From Dudresnaya verticillata (lineage: Eukaryota), in the NCBI GenBank assembly GCA_977862235.1, contig OZ374560.1, positions 2,294,001 to 2,358,000 on the forward strand: DNA of 64,000 bases, in the 5' to 3' direction. A program made the position numbers and the translations under genes. Under the pieces are notes generated by a model. That model was not told the DNA's origin, did no database searches, and saw only the letters and a list, made by a program, of their open reading frames with translations. Each line of letters starts with the position of its first letter. The stretch's first letter is position 1. This document shows positions 59,448 through 64,000 of the stretch, piece after piece.

Positions 59448-59990
59448 GCCACCAAAAGTGAATACGATGCTTGGGTAGTGGTTTTCTCTAGCTCAAAAGC
59501 GTTTACCAAGGTAAAAGAAAAGGGGCGAAGCTGCACGGGCAAAACTCACCCCGCGCCCATTTCGTTTGCTACTCAACTCGCTTCAGTTCAAGAGATAGAT
59601 GCCCCGAGGCAACTCATACTGTGTGCATTCACTTCAGTGTCTGCACTAGACCTTCGCGTCCGTTCGGGTTTGCCTTGGGTAACGCCAATTGCTGCGCTGG
59701 TGCGGTCGTTTGGCCCACGCTTCGCCCTTCGTCCTGTAAAGAAAACCATTCTCCGAATTCCAATTGTTTATATAACTGCTGCTTGTGACGATTCAAGCAT
59801 TTCTACTTCGCTTTGTTTCGGACGTATTGTCGGCCGGATTAAAAAATCCCTGGTCATGATGATCTATAGAATGAATACTTTCGTCTACACTCTTCGAAAT
59901 CTTGTCTATTATCGTGCGCACTGCGGTATAGAACTAACCTTTGCCGTCTTTCGCCATAGTGTTCTAGTAGCTTATTCCTTGAGTTTGTTT

Positions 59991-60325
59991 ATGAATTATC
60001 GTTATCGACTTCCTTCATGATCTGTACTTTCTCTGTTCCATGTGGCATCTAATAATTCGATATTGACGATACTAACTCCACAACGTACATATGATATGCT
60101 GTTTGATAGGAAGAGAATAATATCTTTTTGTAGGAAGCGTTCACCCAAACTACCCAACAGTGATACATAAGGAGAGGTTTTCATCTATTTCAAAGCATGG
60201 GGTACGAGAAAGCGAAAACCCCTTGATCCAAGATTCCCAGATTCGATCCTAGTAAAATCTGTTCTGCAAGTTACCGCTACATGTACCACTGCTAATCTGC
60301 TAATCCCTTATTCCATTTCTTTCAT
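59991..60325. repeat. Partial duplicate of 63391-63722
   Basis: Collinear sequence match. Confidence 0.8.
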
Positions 60326-61142
60326 ATTATTAAACCAGCTGAGTGGCACGCAAGCACGGAGTACGGAGTATATTTAAGTACAAGATTTGTTAATTTTGGC
60401 AGTGTTCCATCTGAGTCAAAGCATCCTTTGAACTTTGGAAAACTATTCAAGGCTGCACTCCGCCAGATCATTCCTTCTCAACAATCTCGCACTTGTGTAT
60501 TAAAGTCTCAAAAGGCACTTTTATCGCCTACCATAAGAGAGAGGTAGTATACTAAGTTCTACTCGCAATTCTCCCAGACAGTTCGTCAATAGAACATGGA
60601 TTTCTTGTTTAAGGTACGTTTCTTTCTGGCACCCTTGATTGCCTCAAATGTATTAAAATAAAGGTTGTGCTTGCTAATGCAGTTCACAAGAAATATCAGC
60701 AAAAGTTCCTGGACAATGTTTAGGTTCAAAATTCTCTTATTCTACTGGCTTACGACGGATAAAAGCCTCTGCAAACGCATTTTAGAACTAAAGAAGTGAG
60801 ACGAGTAAGATGGCACAGTATGTACCCATAGCTAGCACGTGAAATAACAATAAACAATACGACATCAACAGAGTTGCCCATGCAGCTCATCTGCTTCCAT
60901 AGTTGTGAAGACCCTCTACGACATAAGATTTGGCTTGCTCTTTGCTAATTGATTTATCTCAGACAAAGAGTCACGGTTGGAAAAATAGACTGTACTACTA
61001 ACAGAAAAGTGGAGCCTTTGCCAACATGTATAAGCTGCTGGCATGGAGTACCTATCTTGAGAATAATCATACGAGTATGGGCCTTCTGAAAACCGAAGCT
61101 GCTTCTCATGCTAGTCCAACCATGCGGATTCTCCCACTCCTC

Positions 61143-61370
61143 TCAATACAGGGGAATACAGAAGGCATGCTTCTGGTCACAGAACGAATATCCGGACATC
61201 TGCTTGTTGCAGTCGCTATCCATCTGACACGGGAACAGCTCCTTCATAAACTTGATCATGGTCTGCAGGTTGACCTCCGGGCGCTTCACCTCCTTCACTG
61301 CGGCACCATTAACAGCGCCGGAGACGAGGAGAATCACGAACAGCATAGCGAACATCTTGAAAAGAGCCAT
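61143..61370 (-). CDS. Small secreted Cys-rich peptide, copy 6 (subtype A, 75 aa)
   Basis: Intact ORF; TATAAAA at 61501-61507 on the minus strand. Confidence 0.9.
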   Translation of the reverse strand: MALFKMFAMLFVILLVSGAVNGAAVKEVKRPEVNLQTMIKFMKELFPCQMDSDCNKQMSGYSFCDQKHAFCIPLY

Positions 61371-64000
61371 TTTTGTAAGGAGCTGGATAGAAGCGTAAAG
61401 ATGAGTGATGAAAGAAGGTTGTTGAAGAGGATGTGGGTTGTTGAAGAGGATGTGTTGTTCCGTGGCGGAAGATTCATCTTACGGCTCGGCACGGCCTGCC
61501 TTTTATACTCACAACTTGGCGATCATCACGGATGATCGTCTCATTGATCACGGTCGATCTCAGTGAGAGCAGCCAATCTCCTTAATTTTGAGGCCCAAAT
61601 CATCCTATTGAGTCTATGGACCTCGGAACATCTCAGAATGTTTGTTCTCGATTCGTCACAAGACAGCTTTCTATTGCATCCAAGCCGCATAAATATATCA
61701 TCAGTTAATAATATATATTATCTGATGAAGTGGAAGCAAGCACAGGGGTAGGCACAATCTTTGTTATGTTCCCCTGGGAGAAAAGTAGACAAACACTTTC
61801 TTGTGTTTGGAGCTGCATCTATTCTACTTGCACTGCTGCAAAAGCGGCCCACCGTTACTAACAATTGCTATTTTAAGGACTCCTGATGGCATAAGTCTAT
61901 GTCACTTAGTCAACTTGATCCAGTGCTCGGGAACAAATCCATGATGTGGACCCAGCTTCTGGCCCCTCGGACACTAGATGCATCCCTGCAGCTAGCTGTC
62001 AGAAAGCGTACATCCCTTTCTCCGTGTTCGTGAATTCCTTCCTTCGCAAGCTCGAGATTTCAGTTCCTCATTGCATCGAAAACATACATACTAATGGGGT
62101 CAATGAAGGGGGTGGGAAAGGGAATGGCCCGTTTCTTTCTGGACGAAACTCTGGTCAAACATGGCTATACTGTATTGTCAAAGCGAGGAACGCGAGGGAT
62201 GGCGTGAATGGAAGTTAAGGAAGCGGGTACCTGGCTCAGGTCATATGGGCTGAGATCCTTCTGGGACGGAGTATTGAATTTTATGGTTTAACTTGGAACC
62301 CTAGGGTGGGGTACTAAAGAACAGATCTGTGTTTTCAACGAATGAAGTGAATAAAGCAACGCTCTCTGCAAAGTTGCAGACCCAATTGAATGAACTACAG
62401 AATATAGTGTGTATTGCGTGCGCCATAGTGCCCTCTCAGTTTCGATCTCCGTGTGCTGAGTCACTGCACTATTTCCACAGCATTGGATTGTCAGCAGATT
62501 GGAACGAGTTGCTACTGTTCTAATTTAATGAAATTTTTTGTTGCGGCAACGCAAAGTCACGAGTCTCCGAGATCGATTTCGCCGTGTTGCGCTTTCTGCA
62601 GCCCATCACTCTATCCGCGCTAAGGTTACTGCTTGGCCCCTCATCGCAGCTCGACATATCTAGGTGCGAAAGCCGGTCTCGAACACCCTACTTTGCATCT
62701 TCGTGCAGACGGTATGCAATGCTGTAGATATGTGGCCACCGAGAGCTACGCTCAGGAATATCTCCCAACTGTATCGCAAGGGTCAAGTGTAGCAGCCATC
62801 GTGCTTCTTTGTATGGTTGTAAGCAGTGGTTCAAACAGTTTATATCGGAGCCCACAACACGACACCACACATATCGTAACGAGTTGGAACCACTTCTATT
62901 CTGTGGTTGAACACCCGTGAATAATATTCTGGAGTTTATACTTTATGAGGACGGTGTAAGGTGGGTCTGCGTAGGTATCAAAGGCCCATGAGCAGAAGCA
63001 CTGGCGGAGTAGTGCCAGACATAAACAAGGACCTTGAAAATTAACAGGAAGGGAAACCTACTGACGCACGCAAAGGTATAGCGCAATGCGTTCTAGGCAG
63101 GCACAAACAGAGAGAGATGGGCGCTTATATAGCAAAACAGGGACTAGCAACCGAAAGGGCTAGAACAAAACAAGAAAAGGAGCGCGGCGGAGCAGAAATG
63201 ACAAGGACACATTGGAATTGGGTACGGAGGGCACACGGGAAGCTTAAATATTAGAACCAAGGAACTCGGTCAACTACCATTCCCTGTGCAATTGCTACAG
63301 GACGGGCTGAGGTTATACTCTAATAATAGTAAATGATGATGCGGACCTTTTCGTGATATCAAACAGAAGCCGCATTAAGGGACTAGAACTATGAATTATC
63401 ATTGATCGACTTCCTTCGTGTTGCATACTCTCTCTGTTCCGTGTAGGATATACTAATTCGATAGTAGCGATACCAACTCCACTTCTTATTATTAAGCATA
63501 CCATACGCTATTCGATAAGAAGAGAAAGGCATCTTTTTGTAGGAAGCATTTACCCAAAGTACCCAACACTGATATTTAAGGAGAGTTTTCCATCTACTTC
63601 AAAGCATGAGATAACAAAGTCCCAAGAAGCCCTTGATCCAAGATACCCAGTTTGACCCTAGTAAAATCTGTTCTACAAGTTACCGCTACTGCTGCTAATC
63701 CGCTAATCCCTTAATCCATTTCTTTAATAAGAACAGGACTAGTCATGAGGGGACAGGGAGGCGGAAGAATTCGACGGTTAACATCAAGTCCCACGCATTG
63801 AAGAACTAAAGATGTAAGGTGGGTGCAAATAATTAATAGATATGAATAAGCTCGAGTAAGTGAACCATTGCGGCCGGCGTTCGGTCTCTTCAGAATTAAG
63901 CAGGTGCGACCGGGTTCAGTCAATTTCACCTGTAGAGCGCTCTAGCAATTCCCCAGCCCTGAAAACATTTACTTCTAATCGGGTGCGATGTCAATCTCTG

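Larger units (their letters stand above)
53900..59500 (-). mobile_element. Degenerate DIRS-like tyrosine-recombinase retrotransposon
   Basis: ORF1 - RT/RNase H - tyrosine recombinase order on the minus strand. Terminal repeats not identified; boundaries approximate. Confidence 0.88.

Noticed and set aside
26124..59990. A single ~34-kb cargo-carrying giant insertion splitting the copy 5 unit
   Set aside because: Unit homology to 63800-64000 resumes inside the interval (39435-39466, 43621-43770), and no terminal repeats or TSD flank it. It is a series of separate insertions.
61026..61535. Recurrent ORFs antisense to the peptide genes (also 565-786, 4178-4474, 14807-15097, 23864-24151)
   Set aside because: Starts and stops vary between copies; they are explained as shadows of the conserved sense ORF.

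Overview
Eukaryotic, intron-poor, repeat-rich window. A red-algal origin is plausible from the gene and TE style, but that is inference only. The dominant host feature is a dispersed cluster of six intact, intronless paralogues encoding a 75-76 aa secreted peptide: signal peptide, short amphipathic segment, then a C-X5-C-X9-C-X6-C tail. They sit in multi-kb segmental duplications (direct and inverted) whose flanks are decaying. The window also holds: (1) a 12.9-kb Ty3/Gypsy chromovirus (26487-39388; ~690-bp LTRs, GCGAG TSD) with an extra ~735-codon antisense ORF; (2) a degenerate DIRS-like tyrosine-recombinase retrotransposon (~53.9-59.5 kb) hit by a solo LTR; (3) a 4.15-kb element with no clear TSD (39467-43620) and two miniature derivatives; (4) one intact and one disrupted gene for large secreted Cys-rich CxxCPxG-repeat proteins; (5) many solo LTRs and 5'-truncated LINEs, several confirmed against empty sites in paralogous blocks. 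All alignments were made by eye.
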